Positions 10,923 through 24,345 of a stretch of 64,000 nucleotides of DNA are shown here, one piece after another. The stretch is taken from assembly GCF_018977255.1 (NCBI RefSeq), contig NW_024704742.1, positions 74,774,001 through 74,838,000 of the forward strand. Reading direction: 5' to 3'. This stretch comes from Callorhinchus milii (Eukaryota). Position numbers and translations under genes: made by a program. How positions within the stretch are numbered: the stretch's first letter is position 1; the number at the start of each line of letters is the position of its first letter. A model generated the notes under the pieces. It worked only from the letters and a program-made list of their open reading frames with translations. It was not told the DNA's origin and did no database searches.

Positions 10923-12427
10923 TAAGCAAAAAGCTTCCTTTAGAAGCTTTGTATTGTTTCGTGCAAATAAAAGTTTGACATTAACAGATAAACCAATTAC
11001 AATAGATGTTACAACTGACTTCTTTCTCAAATTCATCTAACCAGTGCACAGTCTGGTTTGATTCCTCAGCTCTCCTCCCTCACATCCAGTCCCTTACAAG
11101 ACTGATTTTCTTCACCTCTACCTCATTGTCCATCTCTGACCCTGTTTCACTCCACATGCTGCTAGAACCATTACCCACACCTTTGTTGACCCCCCCCGCT
11201 TGGAGCTTTAGATGAGCTCCTCGCTGCTCTTAGCTCCACCATTGATAAACTCCCAACTTATCCAAAACTCTGTCATCAGCATTTCAGGGCAGTGTTGTGG
11301 CTGCTAAACTGTCCAGGACTTCCAAGCTAGGAATAAGAAAAAACAATCATTCTCCTGATCTTTTTCTATTTCTGACTGGAAACAAAGTACAGATACTGGA
11401 CAGAGTTATTAGCTGAAGCGGAGAGTGCAAGCAGGCCACACAAATAATAATGATAATAAATGATAATAACAAATAAAAAATAATAATAAACAAATGCTTC
11501 GGGTAAATTCATCCAACAATCCCTAGCATAAGGAAAGCAGCATGTAAATTAGACATAAGTTTCAAATATTAAATTACTCCATCTGCCCGGTTGTGAGTTT
11601 TTCTTTAAATATTAAGCAATGGTTTCAAAGTACCCTAGCTTCATCATTGCTGTGTGGCTACCAGCAAAAACACCTGGAAAGTAAACAGGGTTTTCTCCAG
11701 GGAATTTCTTGTACTACGTATAAACTCGCAAGACTTCATAGTTTGCCCTAATCAGAGATAGTGTCATGAGTCTGTTTGCCACATGGAGAATTTTCTGAGG
11801 AAAACATTGTTTGCAGAGCTTTTACCATCCGTCATACTGCTTGTGCATTTTATCATAATCTTTATAATAATTGTTGCATACGATAAAGTGCCTTCAGCTC
11901 ATGTTTTGTTACATTATCAAGATGTCTTGGAGCACTTCAGCGGATCTTATTATAATGTGAAGGGACTATTTGTAGGCAATTGTTATAGAATCAAATGTCT
12001 TATGTATCTCAATTTCTTGTTTAGCTATGACACAATAGTTTGCTCTTCCGTTCTTTAAATTTCTCTGGTTTCTGAGGGTTTTGTGCTGGCTGTACTGCAG
12101 AGGGAATAAGAACCACAATGCTGTAGCCCCAATCTCTAGCATAGGAGGAATCTTAAGTATTTTTATATTCTATACCCAGATTAGCATGACATATGGACTG
12201 TAAGTGTTCATCTGCAAAATACATGCTCACAATGCTTTACTAACCTTTTATATATTTGCGATCCTGTGAAGCACGTTGAAATGTCATCCTGACATGTGAA
12301 GCGCTTTATCAAATGTATCAAATTGTGACTGTCCAGATAATGTTTTTGCAAATGTTTTTAACCTTATCTATTTTAACAAAATACTGAAAAAGTTAGCTCA
12401 CACGGGTTATGTTTATTTCTGTTGTAG

Positions 12428-12584
12428 ACAAATGCTGTTCTGTAGAGTTACACTTGGAAAATCATTCCTACAATTCAGTGCAATGAAGATGGCTCATGCC
12501 CCACCAGGACATCATTCCGTGATTGGGAGACCAAGTGTAAATGGACTTGCTTATGCAGAATATGTCATCTATAGAGGAGAGCAG
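12428..12584 (+). CDS. TNKS: Tankyrase-1 exon, PARP domain with catalytic Glu
   Basis: [62 protein letters not shown] is TNKS1-like rather than TNKS2-like (VTGRP/LALAE). Confidence 0.97.
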
Positions 12585-12964
12585 GTACTGAAATATACTG
12601 GAATTATACATCTGTTTAGAATGATGAGATTTATGCAATATTATGAATTGTTTACCAAACACTGATCATAATTGAAGGAACAATACGAGTTAAAATTCTC
12701 AAATCCAATCAAATAAAATGATGCTGTCTTAATCCCAGTTTAAATTGTTCTTAACGAAAGAGTGATCTTCCTGTTATGAAGATCCTTTCTATCTTATGAA
12801 TAGGCACATTTAAAACAGGAAGGGTGTTGTCATGGATTAATCAGAGTCAGGAACAGCTTCTTCATTCATATCCTCAAAAGATTTGTTTTTGTTGTGGTTT
12901 TAGGTCTCAAATGTCAAGTTTCTGTGTAATATTTCAAATAATTTTTCTAGGATGGGCGGGGATG

Positions 12965-13490
12965 GGGGTAGGGTTCCTTGGTTCTGAGCTGGCTTCGAAG
13001 TGACGATGGCAGTCTCTGTAGTCCAGTTGCTGAGCCAAGTTTGCAGTACTCTTAACAATAAATTAACAGCCAGCCTGATTAATTGGCAGATCTTGGAGAG
13101 GCAGACCAGCCACTGGGGCAGTACTCTTCCCTCTCAGCTCCTGTTAACCCTGCAAGCCAAAGTCCTAATGGGTGTTCCTAGACATGAAGCAAGAAGTATA
13201 CCAGACAGCTTCTCAATGAAAAGTTGTACAATTTTAGCTGATTAAACTCCAGCAGTACCTTTACATACACTCTGGGGTCCCAAGCCTTGGCTTCTGCCAA
13301 CCTGATTTGAATACTCTGGTACTGTGCAGGACTATGTAAACAGATTGCATCCTTCCAGGAAAAGAATGTGATTCTATTCCAGATGAGGGAAAATTTCAAT
13401 GTGTGGGTAACATTCGTAGAACTCTGCCTGGTTTGGATACTCTTGCATGGTGATGGATTTTCCACATGTGTCAGACACTCGGCTGACCAA
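12965..13490 (+). repeat. Unassigned ~600 bp interspersed repeat, near-complete copy
   Basis: Colinear with the reverse complement of 3343-3890; ends GTGTCAGACACTCGGCTGACCAA. Confidence 0.85.
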
Positions 13491-13562
13491 TATAAAGTTT
13501 AATAAGATGAAGAAGTAATATCTTAAGTTTAATACATTTAATATTTCACTATGTTTCTCCAG

Positions 13563-13649
13563 GCGTATCCGGAATACCTCATTACATACCAGATCATGAA
13601 ACCAGAGAGTCCATCACAGCAGCTAACAACAAGCGAACAAAAGTCCTAG
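13563..13649 (+). CDS. TNKS: Tankyrase-1 last coding exon
   Basis: [28 protein letters not shown] (TAG 13647-13649); the extended EQK tail is TNKS1-type. Confidence 0.97.
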   Translation, partial: AYPEYLITYQIMKPESPSQQLTTSEQKS

Positions 13650-16600
13650 TCCAAGCCAAAGTCAACTTGTATCTGAGGCTGTGTGTGATGAATGACTTTC
13701 CATGTGACTGTTACAATATTTATTTATATCACTGAAACTTTAAAAAAAATGCTGGTGTTTAAGTTTATAGCTCTTTTTAAGAAACATGATAACCATTCCC
13801 TTTCAAAAAATGCTTATTAAGTGTGGATTAGAATGGATTTTCTTTATTTGCCTTGTTATTGCTGAACCTCATTTTTCATTTGTGCTGGAGCTTTTGAAGT
13901 GCTGTTGGTAACATTGTAGAACTGCTGAAAATTCCCCGCACAGCTTCTGAGCTTGATGAGGATGGTTGATCGGCCCTCACCTCTGCAGTAGATTTGAAAT
14001 CCTGGACAGAGTTGTAATTGGTGTAAGCAATGATTATTTCTCACTGTCCATTATCACTAACCATTGGATCTCACTGCAGTGTTTGCTTCATAACTTGTCT
14101 GAACACATGAAAGCATACTTTACAAGGCTTAAGTGCTAATGTGGGTCAATGCATAAAATTATGTAAATCAGCAATTGAGGTACCCAGTATAATGGTGCAA
14201 AATAAATTGTTCACAACCATTCAAAACACTATTTATTTGCATGTTAATTAACATCTGAAACACAAGTTAAAAATGAGCCTGAGTCCTAATGGGGCAGATT
14301 AATTTGCATGGTTAGTGAGCTTCTTCAGCAAAGTTACTGTTTGCCTGGCTTTGTAGAATAATTTGTTTGTCCTGAAAGTAGTTTTGGGGTTTCCACTCAA
14401 ATTTTGCACTTTTGTATGATAACATTTGATTTTTGATTGTACAGTTCACATGTAAAGGAAGTCTTGATACTTATCTTAAAAAAAACTCCAGTTCAGAGAC
14501 TGTTGTGTATCTTCGTGTTACCTTTTTAAAACAGAGTGTCCCATTCCTCTTGCATTGATTGCAACAGCATCTTTAATGGTGTTAAAAAAGCAGTCTCAAG
14601 TTGACTAATGTAAAATATCTGATGGAATAGCAAAGCTACTTGTGAGAAAAGCTTCGCCTGAATACAAACAGATGTATTAGCTGATGATTGTCCTCTTTGA
14701 AACGGTGATATGAAATAATAGCTGACCTGGACTGTTGGACTTATTTGAGACTTGTTTCGATTTTTACGGTTCAAACATAATATAGTCAGCTAGATCCAGA
14801 AACTATTAACGGTATGAATCAAATTCTAGAATATCTGTAATAAGTTGTGAATTATTCAGGAGGTGGAGAATTCAGTTACATAAACCCTGAACTGTAGTAG
14901 TTTTTTGATGGTCCTATAACATTGTGAACTTTTAACACTAATTTTCAAAATTATATTCTGCAATCCATAAATTTCATAATAACCTCAAAGTCCTGCTAAT
15001 AGTGGGGATTTAAAAGTAATGCTAAAACTATGTTCAATATTGAGGCAATTGGGAAGTCGTTACCGCAGAATGTCACGATTCATAGAAAGGTTTATTAAAT
15101 ATTATTTTGCCCTTCTAAAGCCCAAACTACAAGATAACTAAGAGTCCAATATATATAAAAGGAGTATTTTCCTGTTTACTTACTGAACTTGTGATGGTCA
15201 GGTGAATTTGAACTTTTGAGGAACTTTTCAGATCTTTCTGTGTGCTCTGGCTGTGTGCCCTTTGTTGCACGTGATGAGATATGTAATATGGCTACATGCA
15301 CCTCCGACGTTACAGGTTATCGATTTCAAAAATACTCACTCCTTATTTATTTGTTATGAAAATACTATCCAGATTTGTATCCTCTGCTTTCATCTGGATT
15401 TTTTGCTGTTTGAATAATTTGTAGCTGCTGTAGTTGTGATAGAAACACCCATTGGAATAACATCTTACTATAAGTGAAATTAGTAAAATCTTAGGGATTT
15501 TTTTTCAGTGTTGCCATATCTTTCCCTTTTTGAATAGATAAATGTATGACCAGGTTCCATTGAGAATTCTGGCTGTGTATGTGTAAATGACATCACCTTC
15601 TTCTGTGTTGAACTAATGTGATTTGTAAATGTTGGAACACATACAGTTTTCTGATTTGGTAATTCTAGCATCACCAGTAGTTTGTAACTCTAAAATGCAA
15701 ATGTTTATGCAAATACTGTCTTTGAGAGTGGAGATGTTTGGTCCTAGTTTGAAGCAGCCTGAAATTTTACATTGAATAATTCTTCCATATTTACTGCTTG
15801 TGTCTGTCTATAACAAACTGTTCTGGAAGGTTGTGTTGGTGTGAATCAACACTTGTTTCTTTTATTTTTGAAAATTGCCTAACTCAAGAAACATACACTA
15901 ACCAAATCAACCAAGTCAGGAATAGCATTAACCTCAGTTTGAAACACATGCTTAATATGCAAATTTCACATAAATAGAGCTGGTCTGGAGCAGTGTAAGA
16001 AGTTAGAAATGCTAGTGCTGAAGTACCACCACACCACAAGGTCATGTGGGTATTCATGAATGTTTCCAGTAAAACTTATGGGATTTATAACTGTGCTATT
16101 CATTAATTATTCTTATGTGATTGACTATTGCTGGCAATAATTATCACAAGGACAACATTTGTGATCTCTCGTGTTTTAACGTTGAACAGATGTTAAGGGC
16201 AGAACGCCCCTCATCTTTGGGAGAATGGTTTCTCCTGTTTCTTTTATCAGCACTACCTTGTTTACAAATGAAATAAGATTTCAGTTTTACATTCTAGCCA
16301 CTGGAAAGGCCTATCAATTAATTTATTTATTTTCCAGCCGTTATCAATGAAACACAAAATCTCTCCAGGCCAGAAGGAGGGCTGACCAATTGGGAAAATC
16401 AATTTTTTGGTGGGGAGAATTTAAAAATAATATAACATTACGAATTTCTACATGAGATAATGGCTGGAGAGTGAAAAAAAAGTTAAAACCCACTCTTGTA
16501 GCTAGAATCAAATAAAATCTTGTTCCTAGTATGCTGCTGACTAATTTGGGAAATGAGAAACCATCATCTTTTTACAGAATTCACTAATTCTTCCTTTGTG

Positions 16601-18775
16601 ATGATTATTGCTGATGATACTTATCAGGTGATGATAATTATCACATTGAAGGGTTATCAACCCTACAAATTTCAGCCCTTTATTTCAGGGAAAAGCAACT
16701 AGGCCTTAAATTTCTTTTGTTAAATATTAGAAGGACTGGATTGCAAAAATAGGCTATTGGACTACGATGACACAAAACCTTTGTGTGTTAAAAGTGTTAG
16801 AGGACTTGTGTAACAACCTTCAAGCTCTTTGCTATACATAGGATTTTCTGAAAATGTCTTATTTTTATCTTGTTATCCTCGACTTTGGATCTGGAGCAGT
16901 CTGTGCAACTAACAACACTTTTACTTGAATGAGTGGATAGTGGATTTACTAAACTAGAATATATCTGCTCCATTTCAGTAGCTGGAACTGATTTTTAAAA
17001 TGTTATCCCTATAAACTCCTTACAGGAAAATACTGTTAGGGTTGAATTGACTATACAAAGTTGTACACGTATTATACTAACTTTTAATCTGGAATTTCGT
17101 TATTCAAATCTTCCCTCTTCTGTTTTATTTTTTGGCCTTATGCAAGTATTTCCTCTTGGTTTGATGTTTTTCAGACGGTTATGTTTTGTAATTGAGCATA
17201 CACTAATTAAATTTTTAATCTTGTAAGCAAGCCTTCCGAAAGCTTTAATCAAATTGAAAAGCATGTCTGCAGCGTAACTGAAGGGCGTGTTGAGGAATCA
17301 TTGTTTTAAAAACAGAACCTGTGTACGTCATCAGAAGTAGAAATATATATCCTTACAGTTGCTTTCATAGCAATACTGCTGCAAAATAACTTTTATGACA
17401 TGATGAACTTGTTTGCACATTTGTTTTGCTATTGTACTTAACTTTTCACATTGATACCGTACTTGGTATGATTTATTTATCCCTTTTTTTAATCTTGCAT
17501 GGATAATCACATTTATTAGCACAAAAGAAAATTGTTTTAGCAAATGTTTTGCAGTAGTTTGTGTTAATTACAAAGATGAATAAATCTAGCAGAATTTTTA
17601 ATTCCTTTAAGGAGTTGGGCTTTAGGCCATTGCAAATGTTGGACTAATATTAAATGTTGCACAAATCATTTTGGTAGTGCAATATTACCATCTGCTGGTT
17701 GAGAAATTGAACTTCAGCAGTAATTCTTGCTTTGAACTAAATACAAAGGGAAGGGAATATTATTTATATGAAGGAGTGTTATGGAGCAAGCAAATAACTT
17801 AAGCTTGTTTTCTCGATCTTTTTCACCTTCAGAATATAGTGTAGAGCTGTGGATCCAAAGTGGCCAAATTATCTTGAATTTTTGAGAACTTTCTGAAAAG
17901 ATGGTTTGGGTTTGTACAGTATGAAAGTGTTCATGAAGGTGGTCCCGTGCACAGACTAGATGATATCCAGGCACCCTCTTCCCTACCCCCGAACCAACTG
18001 CACACACACATACATACACACATATACAGCTTAGTTTAAAAAAAAGCTTGCAATAATGCATTGGTTCTTTGGTAAATTCACATCTTTTCATCAACATATA
18101 ATGCAAAAAGGCATTCAGTCCTCAACTAAGAGTATTCCATGCTAAAATGCTTAGTTTTAAGAGCCATTGCATTTGTTATGCTGTTTTGAATAAGCTTTCT
18201 TGTGCTTTGCACCACCAGACTAAGTTGTATTTGATCTTATTGGTATATCTTAGATTACCATTTGCAGTATGTTATGGAATGTATTGTGTATTGTACTTGA
18301 TGAATCAAGTGACCTTCTGTTTTGTATTTTACTTTGTAATTATGGTATTATTTTTAATATGCACATTTGTCAATACAAGGTGCTAATGTTTTGCAGCACA
18401 CTTGAAATGGGTGTTGACTAATTTAATATAGATGCCATTTACTTTTCCAGTGGCTTGAAATTGTACGTATAAACAATGGAGACTGTACATATGTATTTTA
18501 GTTTGTAAATGTATTTGGTAGTAATATCAGCGAAAATAATGTTGGAATGTGAATATGTTTGCACCAACAAGAAGGATGAGGGACTTGTAAACCCACATGG
18601 TAAAAATAACTATTTTAATTAGACTTTTGATTTTCTTTCATTTAACTCTGAAAATATTCCTAAATTCAAAGTGTACAGCTGTGTGGAAGGTTTTACTTGT
18701 AAAGATGTGCTGAGTCGTGACGTGTGTGGTACTGAAGTAACTGTTAATAAACTGCAGTGATGCCAATCTGATAAA
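13650..18775 (+). other. TNKS: Probable long TNKS 3'UTR
   Basis: AT-rich and free of the SINE/LINE copies found elsewhere. AATAAA at 14201, 16511, 17579 and 18746; a U-rich tract follows the last one and repeats resume at ~18826. Confidence 0.65.
18746..18751 (+). terminator. Candidate distal poly(A) signal of TNKS
   Basis: AATAAA at the end of the repeat-free tract, followed ~30 nt later by TTTTTGATTTATTTT. Confidence 0.55.
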
Positions 18776-18825
18776 CCAGTTTTTGATTTATTTTCAGACA
18801 CTCCAGTCACTGATTGAGAGTTAGA

Positions 18826-18900
18826 CCATAAGACGTAGGAACAGAAGTAGGCCATTCGGCCCCTTGAGCCTGCCCCGCTGTTTAATAAGATCATGGCTGC
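18826..18900 (-). mobile_element. CR1 3' tail fragment
   Basis: CCATAAGACGTAGGAACAGAAGTAGGCCATTCGGCCC, same family as 21470-21890. Confidence 0.8.
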
Positions 18901-20314
18901 GAATGAACATTCTGCCAGTTCCTGTATTACAGATGGAATCAACACGGCACCCAAAATTAAATGCAAGTCACGATGTGCATTGGAACCATAACATGACCAG
19001 GTTATAATACAGGTCTATCATCTTCGAAGCTCACATCATTCTGCATATGCCGGGTTAAACAGAACACAAGACTCAGCAGATTTGGGAGATATTGGAGAAA
19101 CAAATGTTGGTAACCAATATAATCTGGTGAGGAGGAGTGGGCAGCATCACATAACTAGGGCATCACTGAACATGCTCGTGGAAGGGCTGAATTTTCTTGA
19201 AAACATGTGGAGTCATTTAGCAGAAAATGGCTGTTTTGACGCATTGATGGCTCTCTCTGCTGCCATGCGTTGGACTCATAGAATGACTGAGCATATCTCA
19301 GCTTCGCAGAAGTTAGATCTGTATTGACTGGTCATATAACTATCTATCAGCTTCATATGCTGTGGGTATGATCTTTCTCCAGGAACCCACTTCACTTTAG
19401 CTGAAATTTCTAGCTCATCTGCAAAATCATCAAGACTGAACAGCTTGAGCCTGTATCGTTGTTCATAGCTCACAAAAGGTGGAGATTTGGTGATGTAAGA
19501 TGCAGCATGAGGAGAGTATAATTCAGAATGTAACAGTGCATACCCAATACCTAATAAAATGCTGGTTCTTTGATAGGTTTGATCAATCTAAGATCGAGGC
19601 TTGGGAAACTCCACTGCCTTGTGTGGTTGCTTGGTGCCATAGTCCTATTCAGCTCCCAGGCCAAGCTGTGATTGTCTGCCTCATTTCCTACTTGATGGAT
19701 GGTATTCGTGCTTGATGGACCTGCGCTGGAGTATCTGAGTGTGACTGAACTGATTCAACCCCACATCCCCTGTAAACTAGTAATATCACTTTAAAGTTTG
19801 TCTACCGGAGTTTCAAACCTTGCATGTTTAGAAGGAATTGTATTTAATGATACAATCAGTAAAATGTATTGACATATTAAGCTAAATTTAAAAAATCTGC
19901 AACTGCAGAGCATGACATTTGCAGGACAGTTGAGTCCTTTTGAAATGAAAAGCTACATTTCCTAGCACAACAATTTCTTTTATACATTTTCTAATCATAA
20001 GAAATCATAACCTACATAGATTAACGGATAGCTTTAGATTTATCCATAATCCTTTGTTGGGATTGTGAAGCCAATTGTTGGAATCATCTTTAAATTGACT
20101 AAATCCTCAGGAGTTTCAGAAGAAATGACTCACGGAATCAAACATTTTTACAGAAAGCATCAAATTACTTGAATGGTATTGCAATAAGCTCAATTAGCAA
20201 AAGCTTTGCTTTATGGAAAACTAACATAAAATGTAATCGATGGTCCTTTTGATCCTCTGTGTACAAGTATGGAAAATACTGTGAAAATCACAAGCTGATG
20301 AGGTAGAGTGATTA

Positions 20315-21468
20315 CAACAGCAACAAAATTACATTTGTAAAGCGCCCTTCACATCAGGAGGACGTCCCAAGGTGCTGGACAGACAGAGTTATGGACCAGA
20401 GCTGAGGGTTGGGGTGGTGGAAGAAGGGGAAGCAGGGAGATCCAAAGCATGGTTGAAGAGGAGGGTTTTGAGATGGGTCTTGAAGGTGGCAAGGGAGGGC
20501 GTGAGGCGGAGGGACTGCGGGATGGAGTTCCAAAGGGTGGGGGCAGAGTGGTGTAAAGGCCATCTGCAATAGTGGGGCGAGCAAGGCGGGGGGACGTGAA
20601 GCTGGCCGGAGCCTGCTGAGCAGAGGGAGTGAACAGGGTGGTAGGGGCTTAGGAGGTCGGAGAGGTAGGGAGGAGCAAGACTGCGGAGGGCTTTGAAGGC
20701 GAGGACCAGGATCTTGAACTGTGTCCTTTGTGTGATGGGAAGCCAGTGGAGTTGGGAGAGGATGGGGTGATAGGATCATGGAGCCTAGTGTGGGAGAGGA
20801 CATGGGTTGCAGAGTTCTGGATGATCTGCAGCCTCTGGAGGGAGGAGTTGGGGAGGCCGACAAACAGTGAGTTTGCATAGTCGAGCCACAATGTAATGAA
20901 AGCATATACAAGGGTTTTTGTGGCCTGAGGTGTGAGACAGTGGTGGAGCCGGGCGACGTTGCGGAGGTGGGGAAAGGTAGAGCGGGTTATGGCACAGATG
21001 TGAGGTAGAAAGGATAGTTGAGGTTCAAACAAGACCCCAAGGTTCCGGACTGACACAGCAAGGATGCAACCATGGATGGTGACGCTGTTAGCACCTGAGG
21101 TGAGGAGGTGCTGACGGGAGCCAATCAGGAGAGCCTCGGTCTTGTTGAAGTTCAATTCAAGGAAGTTGTCTCTCATCCAGCACTTGATGTCTGACGACCT
21201 TCTGTCAGGACAGCAGTGGTCCTGGAGTCGAGGGTGGAGGCAGAGAGGTAGAGTTGGGTGTCATCCCCACACATGTGGAAGTTGACCCCATGGCTGCAGA
21301 TGATGTCACCAAGAGGGAGCATATAGAGGATATTGAAGAGAAGGGAACCAATGACAGAGCCCTGAGGAACGCTGCACGAGATCGTCCGGGGGCTAGAGGA
21401 GAAGCCGTTTGAGGAGATGAAGTGCAGGCGGTGTGAGAGGTACGATTACCATGCGCATCTCTCCTCAG
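20315..21468 (-). mobile_element. L2 LINE 3' fragment (RT C-terminus + tail), degenerate
   Basis: [47 protein letters not shown]; (TTG)n-type tail. Confidence 0.92.
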
Positions 21469-21469
21469 T

Positions 21470-21890
21470 CCATAAGACGTAGGAGCAGGAGTAGGCAATT
21501 CGGCCCCTCGAGCCTGCCCCGCCATTTAATACGATCACGGCTGATCCTCTAACCTAATTCCATTTACCCGCCATATTCCTTAATCCCTCTATCCTTTAGA
21601 AATCTATCAATCTCAGTCTTGAATATGTTCAAAGACTCAGCACCCACAGCCTTCTGGGGTAGAGAATTCCACAAATTCACTATCCTCTGAGTGAAGAAAT
21701 GTTTCCTCAACTCAGTTCAAAAAGGCTGACCCTTAATCTTAAGATAATGACCCTAGTTTTAGATTCTCCAACGGGGGAAACAGTCTCACGGCATCTACCC
21801 TGAAGAATCTTATAGGTTTCTATTAGATCATCTCTAATTCTTCTATACTCTAGAGAATATAGGCCTAGTTTACACAACCTATCCTTATAG
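21470..21890 (-). mobile_element. CR1 3' fragment
   Basis: Reverse complement is similar to 9515-9950. Confidence 0.88.
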
Positions 21891-21933
21891 TTAATAAGCT
21901 ACAGGACCCCTATAGTTAACAAAGTTAACTAAT

Positions 21934-22312
21934 GGAGTCCTGTAGCTTAGTGGTTAGAATGCTAGCCTCACAAGCGAGAAGACCTGGATTCAATTCCCAG
22001 GCAGGGCTAAACACTGGGCAAGTTTCCTTACTCCACACATCTCTGTTTACCTAGCAGTAAGTAGGAACCCAGTTAGTTGATTGACAGATTGCTTTTCCGG
22101 GGTAATAATCGCTTCCAAAAAAAAGTTAAAAAAATATAATAATTTGGTCACTTCATCCATGCCTGTTTGTGGGACACTGCAGTGTGCAATTGGTTGTCGC
22201 GTTTCACCCACAAAACATACAATCAATTCACTGTACAGTATATTCTATGAAGTGCTTTGAAACATGTAGAAAATGTTTTAAGGCTCTATATCAAATGTAA
22301 TGATTATTATTT
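21934..22312 (+). mobile_element. tRNA-SINE, long variant with extra ~70 bp CORE-like segment
   Basis: Same head and tail as the young SINE plus CTCTGTTTACCTAGCAGTAAGTAGGAACCC... at ~22040-22110. Confidence 0.85.
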
Positions 22313-22730
22313 AAGTGCTTAGATATTCATCCCTTTGTGTATGGAAGTTTTTTTAAAAATACAATGCTTTTCTTTCAGAGTACATGAATTATTCATATAT
22401 GTTTCTAATAAGTCTCCAATGCTACATTTCTAAAAAAAATTTACTGATGGTGTCTAAAGATACCTGAATAATACTTAGGGTAACACCTTGCATAAGAATT
22501 CATACATTGGGCTGAAATTCTGGTAGATTGTCAGTCCTAGAATAAAATGTTGGATTCTCAAATCGTAAGTTAATCATTGAAGAAAATCACTTTCGTATCA
22601 CAGTCATGCTGCGGTATATCCTATGAAACAATATTGAGACAACCTCCCAAAGTGAAAGGTGCTATATCACATGAGACAGGCTTGACTTTTGGAGCCAGTG
22701 TAGAATACTAGTAATCCATGTACTAACACT

Positions 22731-23037
22731 AATACTTGAATTTGATATAGCGCTTTTCACGTCGGGAGGACGTCCCAAAGCGCTTCACAGAACACACTGT
22801 AAAGTGAATTGACTGTATATTTGTGGGCGAACGCGGCAGCCAATTGCGCACAGCAATGTCCCACAAACAGTCGTAGATTGAAAATGACCAACTTTTATTA
22901 TTGTTTTTGGTTTTGGAGGGATTATTATTAGGCTCTGTGTGGAGTAAGGAAACTTGCCCAAGGTTTCGCCCTGTCTGGAATTGAACTCAAGTGTCTCGCT
23001 TGCAAAGCGAGTGCTCTAACCACTGAGCTACAGGACT
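22731..23037 (-). mobile_element. Young tRNA-SINE
   Basis: Near-identical reverse copy of the family. Confidence 0.92.
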
Positions 23038-24345
23038 ACACAAATTTGATACAGTGTATTTGATACAGTGCGTATATTGTCAAAAGATCCCAATGCGCTT
23101 CACAAATAATTGATGCTGTATCATTTTGTAGGTAAAATTTAGCAGCTGTTTTAAAATCTGAATTGAATCTACCCTTATTATCATCATCAGTACTTGTGAT
23201 TTATTCTTAATTTTTAGGGATCCTAGACTCAAAGTAGACCTATGCACCAAAGACAACCTAAACCCTGGTTACTTTTGTATGATGACTTCCTATGTACAAG
23301 AACTAAATTCTCTATCCACTAGAGGGCGACTCTGAGTCTTATTTTTGTTTAATTTGGTAAACAAACTAAATGTGGATGTTATACAATGACAAGGCAACAT
23401 TTCTGGCCCTGGATTCAAAGACTGCCAAATGCAATTTTTTTGCACCAAGCCTCAGTGACACAATGACTCAACTGCTATACAAGTCTCCCATAGGTGAGTG
23501 CAAACTGCTGATATGTCCACACCAGGCACCCAACACTGTCAAACCAAAGAGGTGGTAAACCTCACAGAATCCCAAATTCGTTGCAGAAGGAAATATTCAG
23601 TTGCACCGTGTCTGACTAGATCACCACTGTTTTGGTAGAAATTTAAGGATATTGCATCATCTCACAAAAGGTATTTTCAAAGATTTGCAAAGAATGTACA
23701 GCACGGAAACAGGCTACTCGGCCCAACCAGTCCTTGCTGGTGTTTATGCTCCACTTGAGTCTCCACCCATTCTTTACTCCCTCCCAAACCCTTCTATTCC
23801 CCTCTCCCTCTTGAATGCATCTATATTATCTGATTGAACCACTGCATCAGGCAGTGAGTTCCACAATCTCACTACCCTCTGTGTGAAGTTCCTCCTAAAT
23901 TCCCTAAGATCCCCTTCTTGTTATCATATATGTGTGTCCCCTGGTGATATATTTCCCAACCATATTTTTACTTCACTAAGAAACAATTTTTAAAAAATCC
24001 AATTAATAAAACTACAAATGCAAAGCAATATACTGATCCCCATAACATACTAGATGCCAAGGACATTATTAAAGAAGCTAGTGCAATTATGACAAGTAAT
24101 TGTATGCAGTGAGGATAGTATTGTGTTAAATCTGATAACATTTCCAAATAATGAGCAATAAAATATTGTATACACAAGCAATGGCAGTGCCATTAGGTTG
24201 TATTTCAATTAATGAAATTGAAGAAACAAACCACAAAAGTTAACAATCTCATTTGAGTTATTTGTGTGATCAATGTGTCTTCATTCGCCACTGAAATAAA
24301 ACAGAAGTTTACCACAATACTACAACTCAATCCAGAGCGACTTAT

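Noticed and set aside
18900..19800. Possible Gypsy integrase remnant or extra exon (HSAYAGLNRTQD)
   Set aside because: Only one weak motif, with no further colinear support by eye.
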